Origin: Octopus sinensis
Lineage: Eukaryota
Direction: 5' to 3'
DNA: 64,000 nucleotides
Assembly (NCBI RefSeq): GCF_006345805.1
Contig: NC_043005.1
Coordinates: 22,196,001-22,260,000, forward strand
Part shown: piece after piece, positions 52,555 through 64,000 of the stretch
Layout: every line of letters starts with the position of its first letter
Numbering within the stretch: position 1 is the first letter of the stretch
The notes under the pieces: model-generated
Database searches by the model: none
The model's input: only the letters and a program-made list of their open reading frames with translations
Told to the model about the DNA's origin: nothing
Program-made: the position numbers and the translations under genes

Positions 52555-52630
<76 letters not shown>
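52555..52630. repeat. (CT)n(AT)n compound microsatellite
   Basis: Read directly from the sequence. Confidence 0.95.
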
Positions 52631-52635
<5 letters not shown>

Positions 52636-53309
52636 CATAGACACACACACATAAATAGACAAACATGCATACACACACACACATACATAACACATATACT
52701 AAAGCTTACTATTTTTTATTATCATTATTATTATTACATTCCTCATGTTCTCTTAGCACAACAAAGTACATGTATGAGTGTTTATGTCATCATTGTCTTA
52801 TATGCATATTTTAGCAATATCTGAAAATTATTATAAAAATTAAGCTACTTGTGAACAAACATGGAAGATGCCCTGACTTTTTGATGTGCCACCTTTTGAC
52901 TTTCCCCATTTTTCTTTTTGATATACTGACACCAACAACACTTTCAATTTAACAGGAAAAGAAAAGGTTCACTGTACTTGTAATTCTAGCCTCTAACTAC
53001 AACAATTCAACTTCTTGAATGAGGTTGGGAAGAACATATCTGTGGCCAAGAGAAGGAAATATTTTCAGTGATTAGATGTCAAGATGGTCATGTTCATCCT
53101 GTGAGTCCAGAACAGCATCAATGACAAACTATGATGGGTTGATGTGGTCCATTGGCAAAACAACTCAAGATGGCTGAGTATAAACATGTGAAACATGAGA
53201 ATATTACATCCAAGGGCTACATGATGAGAGGAGGGTATTTCATATATATATATATATCATCATCATCATCATCATCGTTTAACGTCCGCTTTCCATGCTA
53301 GCAATATAT

Positions 53310-53785
53310 ACATTTCATTTTTCATTTTCATTTCATCTAGTTTCAGCTCACGAGCTGTGACCATGCTAGGGCACTGCCATTCGGTGTTGCTACATGATTT
53401 TACTTCACGAATGCTTTTTAGCAATTGACATTTGGTGCATGAGAGAGTTTGTTGCAGCTGCCCTCATCTGCACCTCCTGCCGTGAAGTTGGTTCATCTGG
53501 GACACCTGACAAGTAGAGGTCCAACTTTACTTTGAAGACATCTGCATCCACCCCATGCAGGTCTCTCAGGTCCTTCGGGAGGATATTGAAGAGTTGTGGA
53601 CCTCTGAAGCCCAGGCTATCGCAGTATCTTGTCCTACATCTTGATGGCAAATTTGGAGTTCTTGGTACTATGCAGTGACGCCCAGTTCTAGTATTTGTGT
53701 AACTCTCAATGCCAAAGTTTGGGACAAGTCCTTCCAGGATCTTCCAGATGTATATTATGGCACATCTTTCTTGCCTACGCTCTAT
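53310..53785 (-). mobile_element. CR1/Jockey-group LINE 3' end
   Basis: ERRQERCAIIYIWKILEGLVPN..SLGFRGPQLFNILPKDLR..FKVKLDLYLSGVPDEP, with an (ATGAAA)n tail. Confidence 0.85.
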
Positions 53786-54026
53786 TATATATATATATAT
53801 ATAATTATTATTTGAGGGAATAAAATCCAAACTTACAAGGAAAAAAATTCAATTTAGAAATACTAAATCAAATTTCACACAATATAATATATATATAAAA
53901 AATTAGAAAAAAAAACCCTTTTATCAATTCAAAATGAACAATTAAATTACACCATCTCATATAATGTGTAATATAATTATACATTATATTGTGTGAAATT
54001 TGATTTAGTATTTCTAAATTTTTTTT

Positions 54027-54259
54027 CCAGGACGTCCTACGTCCCAGATATAAAGGTAAAGATAAAATATTTCCACATTACAAGTTCGAGTCAAGTACTC
54101 CCTTGCACGCTCCGTTGACTCGAACCTTGCTTCTATTGTGGCGAATTTACCGCCTCTGATTAGATATCTTTCGTAGTCGCACCAAGACACTTTTCGAAGG
54201 TGCTTTCCTCCATGTAATTTCTTTATTACCCACCAGGGGCTACGAAGAATGGCGGACAT
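54027..54259 (-). pseudogene. Second ORF1-like fragment
   Basis: FATIEARFESTERAREY..EIFYLY then, after a frameshift, YLGRR. This parallels YGTITVQFKSEKAAK..EKFYLFPSYLNRR of the upstream ORF. Confidence 0.55.
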
Positions 54260-54363
54260 AACAAAACATGGGGGACATAGAACAATATGATTAAATTTAT
54301 GAGCAAATGAAAATGAAAAAATGATAATATGAAAGCGATGCTAACGGCCCCCCTCCGCCAGCA

Positions 54364-55710
54364 TCACTTACCTGTCCTTTTGTTTTCACTGTCACCTGAA
54401 TGTTCATTCCCAATACGAAGACCATCCATATCCATTCTTACTCCGAAACTGTCCTCCATATATTCCACGAATTCATCGCTCATTCTTGTATCTTTCACCT
54501 CCCAATTCTCCCTTTCACACCTCAACACAAACTCATCTATATTCTTCTTTTCCAGCACTGTATATCTGGTCCCAACCATTTCATACCATTCATACTCCTC
54601 CATTACCCTTTTAACTTCTTTCTGTTCAGTCACGATATAAATGTTCGGCCTGGGTTCGTTTTCAAACTCTTGTCTGTCTGTATTATTATTTTTCTTTTGT
54701 TTTCTTGTTGGAGGGGAGCGGGTGGGTTCACTGTCTGCAGGGGAAGGGTGGGATTCAGAGGGTGCGGGTGGTGTTGGGGTGGGTTGGGGCTTCGCACAGT
54801 TTTTCTTTTTCTTTCTTTTTCTCTTTTTTCTTCCTTCTTCCCACTCTTGTTGCATCTCCTCTTCTTCTGTCGTTTCTTTTTCCGTTTGGTTCTCTTTGGT
54901 TTCTTCCTCTTTTGGGGCTTCCGCGACAATTTCCTTTTCTTTTTCCTTTGGTGGGGGAGGGCAGTAGGCTCTTATGTGACCCCTCAGGCCACACTTGTAG
55001 CACCTGGGCGCCCTACCCTCCACCCACACTCTCATAATAATATTTCCAGTTTTTATACTGTCCGTAAGCTTTTCTATAACTTCCGCCTCCGTCTGTATGT
55101 TCATTACTAGTGTGGCACCTCTCACGCCTTCATATTTCATAATGGCGTGGAGGATGTCCACTTTATCTTCATTTCCTTTGATAACCACAGCCGTTATTAA
55201 TTCGCCCTCTAGGTGTGGAGGTATTCCTTCCACCCTAATTCTGGTGGTCCTTCTATTCAAATACGAGGGGAACAAGTAAAACTTTTCTGTACTCACCACC
55301 TTGGCTGCTTTCTCACTTTTAAATTGTACCGTTATGGTTCCATATTCTAATCCTTTTGTCATGTACACAATTTCTTCTGTCTGTTTGAGAGCCTCTTCAA
55401 TTGCTTCCATGTTAATCACTTCCATTTTTCTACCTCCATTCATAACTACTTTATATTTAATGGTTCTACGATGGAACCAGTCTCCGCGCCCTGCTGGAGG
55501 CAGCAGCTCGACCTCTCCGTTCTCGACCTCCTTCATGAACTCCTGGAAGCCCGTCAACTTAGCCAGGTCTATCTCTTTTTCTGTTGACTTCTTCGTTACA
55601 CCTGCGTAGGTGCTTTCCATTTTTTTCACCGCCAACTCCTCCTCAGATGTCGACGAATTTTCAGAGAAATTTCTCCCTTCCATCTCATCCGTTTGGTAGA
55701 GGCGGCTCAT
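54364..55710 (-). CDS. L1/Tx1-type ORF1 (gag-like) protein, 448 aa, uninterrupted
   Basis: First ATG at 55710. RRM-like region GTITVQFKSEKAAK..FYLFPSYLNRRTTRIRVEGIPP, then CCHC knuckle VEGRAPRCYKCGLRGHIRAYCP and a Glu/Lys/Pro-rich tail. Confidence 0.85.
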   Translation of the reverse strand: MSRLYQTDEMEGRNFSENSSTSEEELAVKKMESTYAGVTKKSTEKEIDLAKLTGFQEFMKEVENGEVELLPPAGRGDWFHRRTIKYKVVMNGGRKMEVINMEAIEEALKQTEEIVYMTKGLEYGTITVQFKSEKAAKVVSTEKFYLFPSYLNRRTTRIRVEGIPPHLEGELITAVVIKGNEDKVDILHAIMKYEGVRGATLVMNIQTEAEVIEKLTDSIKTGNIIMRVWVEGRAPRCYKCGLRGHIRAYCPPPPKEKEKEIVAEAPKEEETKENQTEKETTEEEEMQQEWEEGRKKRKRKKKKNCAKPQPTPTPPAPSESHPSPADSEPTRSPPTRKQKKNNNTDRQEFENEPRPNIYIVTEQKEVKRVMEEYEWYEMVGTRYTVLEKKNIDEFVLRCERENWEVKDTRMSDEFVEYMEDSFGVRMDMDGLRIGNEHSGDSENKRTGK

Positions 55711-55819
55711 AGTCGCCTCAGACCGAAAAACGGCCTCCCGAACAGAAAACGTGCGACGCGAAACCGCACCAACCGACGTTCCAATTCCGCAACCACAATT
55801 CACTTTTTGTTCTTTTTTC

Positions 55820-56380
55820 TTTTTTAACCGAATTTTACAGAGCGCAAGAAAAAACGCGACCTTTTTTCTCTACATTGTATACTTTATAGACAATAGTTTT
55901 TTCTTTAATTTAATTTTTTATTATCCATCTGGACTATTCCATTTCTGCACGCTAATTTTATTTTAAATTTATTCCCATTCATGTGAAACCACTTATTCAA
56001 GTTTAAATCATTGATGCAATTTTATACCAATTGCTATTTTTACTTTTGTTATGTTACGATTATATTATACTTTAGTTTGATTTTAATTATTACTTACTAC
56101 ATATAATTCAATTGTTATTATTTTTATTGTTAAAGTGAAATAGAGAAATATTTTTGTTTCACTTTTAACACGTAATACTGAAATAGTGGAGAAGATATGA
56201 TATTGCTATGGGCTCGCTCTAGGCAAGAAGTTGAACATTTTTTTTTGCCCATGAAACTACATGGACCCTAAGTAAGGCATGTGTTAAATTTGAATGAAAT
56301 TGGTTGTGTAGTTCTCAAGTTTTAGGGAAACACACAGACAGACAGACAGACACACATTCACAGTTTTATATATATAAAGA
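55820..56380 (-). mobile_element. Non-autonomous Helitron-like element
   Basis: Minus-strand start ATCTTTATATATATAAAACTGTGAATGTGTG(TCTG)n followed by CCAATTTCATTCAAATTT. Confidence 0.55.
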
Positions 56381-56418
56381 TATATATATACATACACATA
56401 CACACACATACATTCACA

Positions 56419-58516
56419 GAGGTGGACACTGTTAATTGAAAAGTTAACTTTGTTAATTGTTAATCTGTTAACTGAAAAGTTAATTTTGTTAATCCATTAA
56501 ATCTTTGCAAATGTAATGGAAGTTAATGCTAATCCATTAACATTAACTTTTATTGAAAAACAGCATAACTACAGTTACCCCACCGACTTTGTTGCCTCAT
56601 AACTTCCAGAAAAATGCATACTTTTTAACGAAACCTTCACCAAACAATCGCTTATATCCTGTAGATTGAGTGTATGAAAAAATTTGTCGTAAAAAATTTT
56701 CTGAAGGGTTGGGAAGAGGAGTTTCTGAAAATTCACAGGACCCTACATTTTAGCTCCTCATAACTTACTGGAAAATAGGTCTTGTTTAATGAAATTTTAT
56801 ACAAATACCTTTTAGACAGTGTAGATTATGATTACAAAGAAATTTGTAGGCAAATTTTTTGGAAGGGGTGGGGGTGGAGTTTCTGGAAAATGGAGTTTTG
56901 GATGGGACAACCCACATAAGTTGGAATTTCTCTGTTTTGTTGGGGATTTTTCCAATGTTGTCTCCACCAGTCATCAGAATGATGAAAGGCATCTTTTCAT
57001 CTTTTCACAAAGAAAAAAAAAGGGAAAAAATTTGAATGTTTTTTTTGTTGTTGCTATGCACTTAAAACCCATGAGAGAAACATTTTCCGTTTTAAAAAAA
57101 ATTGTTAATAATTTCAGAGGAAAATGTATTAGTTAAGGGAGATCTGGCTCTTGTTTCTAGCACATCTCCAAACCTCCCTCCTCATTTCTTATTCTCACAT
57201 CTATTGATACTTTTCAATATTTTTCTCCCCATAAACAAATTTTATGGAATGATAATGTCAAAGTAACATACGTCTAGTCCCAACTGAGTGTTATGTGCGT
57301 GTGTGTGTGTGTAAGAAAAAACACCTAGACATCTTTAGTGTTCATATTAATCTGTCAAATGTAATACTAATTTGTTCATGTTATTTTTAATTATTCAGGT
57401 TCAAGAGGGGTTTCCACAATATTTGCTTATATCTTTCTAAATTTTTTACATAGAGATTTGAAATTTTGTCAGTGGGTGCTCACTGGTTTAGAGCTATGTA
57501 ATTTTAGTTGATCTTGCTGAGTAAATTTGACTTTTATGGACAGGTAAATTTAACTAACAGGTATAAAAGCAATAACATGATGGATAAACACTAACATTAA
57601 AATTCTTAATGAATCTTACTTGTTTGATTTGTTACTAAAATTATCCAGGATGGCAACCAACAAATATTTTGCCACTTTTCAAGATGAAGTACATTAATTT
57701 GAATCAATTAAAATACAGGTATAATTGGCACAAGATTTTATTCTTTTAGTAAATATTTTGTACCTCAGTGTGTAATCATTTTTTTCCACAATTTTTGCGG
57801 TGCATTCAATATATCTCAACCACCAAACCCACCACAAGCCACTTTTTTTTCCGGAAAAGAAAGGTGGGAGGGGAAGTTTTGTTTTGCAGGTCTTTTTTTC
57901 TTTTCTAAGTTATTTTGTATGCTTTCAACAAATGTGATATCGAAACCACATTTGAATGACTCCTTTTTCCAGAATAGGAAAGATTTGGCTGCTATTTCTA
58001 GAATGCCCTGCTACCACGTAATAGCTATTTGCTTTCACACTGAAATATTTACCAACTTTTTTTCTTCCATTTATTTTTTTCCACTTTATGGAAGTCAATA
58101 TTTTCTCAAACATCCACCTCAGCGAGGTCATGGATCAAGTGGAAACACATCAATCACTGCTCCCTCTTGACAAGACAAAGAAATTTCCTGCTGTCTTTGC
58201 AAGCAACAAGCGGGTGGATTTGGTTTCAAATCCAGGCAGGGCCAAACAAGGTCCTACAAGTTATTTATAATAATAAGTGGCATTATATTGGGGTTGAAAG
58301 AACAACGCGTACAATATTGAATGTGCTAAGACAATCTGAAAACAATAGAAACTTTTAAAGGAAATTTTTGGGTTAATGGACTTGAGTTAAAGGACGCTAA
58401 ATGTAATGGAAGTTAATTAGTCTGATAATGATTTTCAAAGTTAACTTTAAAAATTTAAATAGTTAATGAAAATGTTAACTTTGTTAATTAATGATTAATG
58501 GAATTACGCCCAGCTC

Positions 58517-58518
<2 letters not shown>
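56419..58518. mobile_element. Non-autonomous hAT-like element of about 2.1 kb with GTTAAC/TTAA-rich subterminal repeats
   Basis: Termini CAGAGGTGGAC and GCCCAGCTCTG. gttaactttgttaatt blocks at both ends (56430-56550 and 58400-58500). Confidence 0.6.
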
Positions 58519-58575
<57 letters not shown>

Positions 58576-61500
58576 CACACACCTCTGTGTGTGTAATGTG
58601 TATATTGAGGATATATGTTCAGATTTTCAAGTAAACAGCATAGGTAGTGGAAGAACCACTTTCAGACTGGTTAATGTTTGTTAATTTCAGCTTTTCTCTC
58701 CAGACATTCATTCTGTTGCAAGTCTATATTTTAAACATGTACATTATACAAATCTATAAAAAAAAAAAGATACTTCATCAGTTATCATGTAAAATAGTTT
58801 TTTCTTGTGTAAGCTAAGCAACATTAGGTCATGGTATAATTCTGAAACAACGCAAGGACAAAATCTTTTTGAAATATTTGATAAAATATAAAATGTTCAT
58901 GAATAAGTTATAGGCAAACAAATCAAAGGTTAAGGATTATTTTTCCCTAGGAAATGTGAAAATATGTTAAATGTGTTCCATTATTATTTTATTTGATATT
59001 AAAGAAGGGACAACGAGGATTATTGATTTGTCAAAATAGGTCATGGTGACAAATGATTAAGAACTGTAGCTTTTAGCTATTTGTCTGCAGTCTGGCAAGG
59101 TTTAGAAGAAATTTAACAAACAATAACTGGTCTGGAACTTATCTTTCTATACTCTTTAGCTGAGGATGTAAGATGTTTCTGTAAGATTCTCTTCATTGCA
59201 AAACTTACTTCTAAGATGATTTCTACCTTGTGGCCAATGAAGGTGTCTCTACAAAGTCACTTGACCTGACAGAAGTAGCTACCAAGTGTCCCTTAAGTCA
59301 CAGTGTGCTGTCTTAAGAAAAGAACAGCAAGGAAACAGACAATATTCTCTGTGATATACAAAATGACTGGAGGGTTATAACTGGAATACCTTTTGCTGTA
59401 TATCTGCTCAGTCAAAAGTGACTTAGGACTAAACAAGAATAATATACATGATATCATCATTGTTTCAATGCCTACTTTTCCATGCTCACATGGGTCAGAT
59501 GGAATATGTTGAAGTGGATTTTCTATGGCTGGATGCCCTTCCTGTCACCAACCCTCACTTCTTTCCAAGTATAGTAACATTTCCCTGTGCAGTACACTGA
59601 TGAACCTCAGTTATCACAAAAATCAAAGTAAGGAGACAGTAACATACACACACACACACACATGATGGGCTTCTTTCAGTTTCTTTTTACTAAATCCATT
59701 CACAAGGCTTTTTATGTCTGTTTTTCCATGTTGGTATGATTTACATGAAACTTATTGAAACAGATTTTCACAACTGAATGCTATTTCTTTTGCCAACCTA
59801 GATTGTTTTACAAGGTGTTTTTCATTCCACTCGTTCTCACTTGTCCACTTAATTCTAGGATGTTGTGTACTGAAGAGTGTAAACAATGTCACTGTATTTT
59901 TGCTCTGATGATGTTATATATGAAGACATAGAATTGACATTCACATACGTGTATGTGTGCTCACACACACCACACAAATACACAATAAACTTCCTACAGT
60001 TTCCATCTACCATTTGCACTCATGAAACATTGTTTGGCCCAAGGCTTATAATAGAAGACACCTACCCAAGATGGGACTGAACCTGAAATCGCATGGTTGT
60101 GAAGTGAACTTTCTAACCATACAGCTTTACCTGTGTGTATGTGTGTGTATATATCGTGATTACATGACTGACCAGACTATCATATGTTGTTACACATTGC
60201 TGATCACAATGCACTTCACATCATTTAAGCCATCAAATGATGCCACTCCACTGGCCAGGTGAGCAGACCAACATTCCCCCTTGATCGAAAGAGGACTGGA
60301 GCAGTGTGAAATGAAATGTTTTGCTCAAGAACACAATGCATGGCCCAATCTGGGAATTGAACTCGTAATCACTAGACCATGAATGCAACAGCCTAACCGC
60401 TAAGCCACTTGCAGCTCAGTATACTAATTGTTTAGTTTTCATGCTGTATTTCATTTATAGAAAACAAGAGTCAAGAAAGAGAATCAAAAGCAAGTAACTA
60501 TTGGGAATTGAACCAGCAACTGTTTTTTTCTTTTTTGTTTTGTCATCTGTTAATTGTATCTGCATAATGCTTTAAGCTCTGTATCCTAGATTATTCCTAA
60601 AGAAATAATTTACATTAGTTAAGCATGAATGTTTTACAGTCAGCATTTGTCTATTTTTCTGTGCTGGCATGTGTTGGGTAGGTCTTCTCCAGTATGATGT
60701 CTTGTTACTTGTGATCTGTCATCTACTTCATTTACTACATCTTCCCATATCTTATTTCATCTCCCTTCCCTGTAAACTCCTTTCAGTTGGTTTACATTTT
60801 CTTTTTACTGCTTTATGCATCACAAGTATGTACCAGTGAAGTCATTTCTATTATTGCATACTACAGCTAGTTTTTCTGATGTTCATTTTCTGTCACTTCA
60901 ACTATGTTTTATCATTCATGCACATTGACTTTTAACATCCAGAGGAGCATTCTTGTCTCCTAAAATAAAAATGAATGCCATATGTTTAGTGTCAGTATAG
61001 TGTCTATAATATAATAAATGTAAAACAGAGTTGTTTCATTTCTACCCTTCACTAATACTCCATTAGTTCAAATTCCACCAAGGCTGAGTTTACTTGATGC
61101 AGTCTTCTGGCTTGCCAGTTCCTGTCAAACTATCCAATCCATACCAGCATGGAAAACAGACATTAAATGATGATGATGATGATGATGTCAGTAAACTAAA
61201 GTCAAATTCTAAGGATTAATTTAATCAACTGATTCTGATATATCTTAGACATCTCCTAGTAATAATAATAGTTTATAACATGGGCACAAGGCCACACACA
61301 ATTCAAGAGTGATAGTCAATTAAATACATGTTTTCCTTGACTGATACTTTATCAACCCCAGAAACCCAGAATGATGAGTCATAGATGACCTTATTAGAGT
61401 TTGAACCCAAAGTGTAAAAGCCAGAAAAATAACACAAAGCATTGTTTGACACTACAATGTTTCTGCCTATTCAAATAATACTGATTTCTAATATAGGTAC

Positions 61501-62054
61501 AAGACCAGAAATTAAGTGGAAGGGAAATGCTTGATTATATTATACTAGGTGCTTTATTTTATTGACCCAGTTAGAATGAAAGCAAAGTTGAAGTCAACAA
61601 GATTTGAACTCAGAATGTAAAGAATTTTGTATGAGACTTAAAATTCTGCCAATTTTTATAATATGCAATTGTGTATGTAATTGTATTTACCAAATAAAAA
61701 AAAAAAAGCAAACATTTTATGTACATGCTTGTAACTTGTGTTTTTTTTTCTTCTAGCTTGAAGATGCCCCCTCTTCTTTGAGGACACAAATTGACATGCA
61801 GAATACCATAGCCGAGCATTGTTATAATCATCAACTTTGGAGATTACCTTATCTACCAGAATTGGGAACTAAAAGTTCTTTCCAGAGACGCAAACATTCC
61901 TACATAATTCTTTAAACTAACATGACCAGAATAGTTATTATTCTGTTTAAATTATAATTAAATTATTTAAGTTCTAATTATGACAATGCAAATATTTAAA
62001 GAAGCTTAAGCAATTCCTACTACTTTCGAGGGAAAATACTATTAGAGAATAAAA

Positions 62055-63505
62055 ATGGAGAAAAGTGACTTAGATGAGAATTTTACATACCAAGATGATA
62101 TCATTCGTCGCACACGGAAAGCAATCCGTGATTTGCATACACTTCGTAATGAACACCTCAGCATCATCAATAATATCAAAATGAATTTCAAAAGCAATGT
62201 AGTTGATACAAATGATATAACAGTAGAAAAACTTGATGTTTTGAAACATTCCCAAGAAGCAATAGACTTGGCTTTGGAAGAAGCAGAAATAACAATGCTT
62301 TTGACAAAACATTTGCAGTATCTTGAAGGAGAGAACTTGAAACTGCGTACTGAGGTGTCACTTCTGAGAAAAGAGAATGATTGGTTAAGAAGTGAATTGT
62401 TAGATGCTCAGACCAAATTGCAAAACTGTCAAGAATCTCTTGTAGTTGCTGAGGAGAAAATAAAGCACTTTGAGTTCATGAAAGAGTTAAATTTTGATGA
62501 GAATGAAGAAAAAACTGATTATGATAGTGAGGGCAAATGCCGCCCTTCATCTTTTGATTTGAGTTTCTTGGATGACATTGTAGAAGATGCAGAAAGTCCT
62601 GGCTATGAAATTCCTGCTCGATTCCGATCGTTGTATGACTTAATAACACAGTATGTTATGCAAGGTCGACATCAGGTGGCATTAACTTTATGTAAGCAAA
62701 CAATACAGAATTTAGAAAAAACTAGTCGGTTTAACCCTGAAGAAGCTATAGTCCTACATATGCAGGCTCGCATCTATAAAGATATGGGCAACATGCAAGA
62801 AGCTGTCAGAGTGTTAAAAGCTGCTCTTTTAATAAGAGAAAACACTGTAGGTCATGAACATCCTTCTGTGGCAGCAGTTCTAAATAACCTTGCTGTGATA
62901 TATGGAAAAAGTGGTAATTTCAAAGATGCTGAAAAAATGTGTAAGAGAGCTCTGGAAATAAAAGAGAAAATTCATGGTACTTATCATCCTTCGGTGGCAA
63001 AATTATTCAATAATCTGGCACTTCTCTGTCAAAATCAAAACAAATATGAACAAGCAGAGTACTATTACAATCAGTCTTTGGAAATATATAAATCTATGTT
63101 TGGAAATGATCATATGTCGGTAATGAAAAGTAAAAATAACCATGCTTCTTTATATCTTCGGCAAGGAAAGTATCGGCAAGCTCAGGATATCTACAGAGAG
63201 TTCTTATACAGTTTTGTGAAAAGAAATACGGTAGCATCGATGATGACAGTGGGCATACTTTAACTCCTCAGGAACAAGAAAATGGTGGCTTGTTAATCTA
63301 TTATATAAAAAAAATATGCGAACGGAGTAAAATGGGTTTGAACGTTTTTAAGAATCCTGCATTGATCACAACTTTGGTGAACATGGGTATACTTCATAGA
63401 CTTATTGGTAAAAACAAAGAAGCTTCTCTCTTTGAAGAGAGTGTCTTTAGAATGAAAAAGACTAACAGCCGCTATAAACTAGTAGCAGTTCCTGAAGAAA
63501 ATTGA
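62055..63505 (+). CDS. KLC: Kinesin light chain-like, intronless, with one frameshift at about 63198 (retrogene or processed pseudogene)
   Basis: Heptad region LEGENLKLRTEVSLLRKENDWLRSEL, then GYEIPAR and TPRs (HPSVAAVLNNLAVIYGK, LFNNLALLCQNQ). After the frameshift: CEKKYGSIDDD and TPR6 TTLVNMGILHRLIGK. Confidence 0.92.
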
Positions 63506-64000
63506 TTTATACTGTATACATACATACACACATACTGTTCTACACTACTACAACTCAGTTTATCACATCACAATAAATTATTGTGTAATTAAGGTGCTGC
63601 ACTCATAATGAATGCCTATACACACTGTTCAAATCATACAACATAAATTCTACTGCATCATTTATGGATCACATGCACTTCAATCTTTGTATTTCAAACT
63701 CAAATAGAAAGTACAAGACTCTTAATGTTTGATATATAATTGTAGTCAAGCAGGCACGTTACTCTGCACACTCTATTGGGAATAAATTTCACTTTGCATG
63801 TAAGCTGCATTGATGTTTACTCAGAGTGGAATTAAGGTACTGTTTACATTTTTTTTCACCTGACACTCTACTTTCCTTGGTGTCTACCACTTCCACTGTT
63901 TAAGATAAAGGGCAATAAAATTTAAGACTCCAACTCCACCAAGTGAAAATTTATAAACTTCCATACCCGTCCAAACCTGAAAGTCAAAAATAAAATACAG

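Noticed and set aside
52935-53100. Plus-strand exon (aacag ... CCT/gtgagt)
   Set aside because: No convincing open frame or homology. It could be a UTR exon but cannot be supported without transcript data.
54329-55609. Plus-strand ORFs overlapping ORF1
   Set aside because: Antisense shadows of the purine-rich ORF1.

Overview
AT-rich, microsatellite- and transposon-dense animal DNA. The SINE and LINE families look like those of octopus (inference; no database search was possible). Two host-type genes are visible. (1) A complete 7-coding-exon Rab23 gene lies on the minus strand (ATG at 21109, stop at 433). It encodes 235 aa ending in the CaaX motif CSIL, and all introns are GT-AG with consistent phases. 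(2) An intronless, divergent kinesin light chain (62055-63505, +) carries a single 1-nt frameshift and is a retrogene or young processed pseudogene. The rest is mostly transposon debris: R4/Dong-like, RTE, CR1/L2 LINEs, mariner and maT transposases, hAT, Helitron-like and Merlin-like non-autonomous elements, and SINEs. The most unusual items are: a decayed PIF1 helicase followed directly by a ubiquitin-specific protease (USP/C19) domain inside a Rab23 intron; an intact L1/Tx1-type ORF1 with no ORF2, followed by a second ORF1-like fragment; a cluster of minimal hammerhead-ribozyme-like motifs at 36-41 kb; an 800-bp palindrome made of two MITE copies; and a CpG-depleted / CpG-retaining / CpG-depleted domain structure. 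Exon boundaries were counted by hand, and boundaries of degenerate repeats are approximate.
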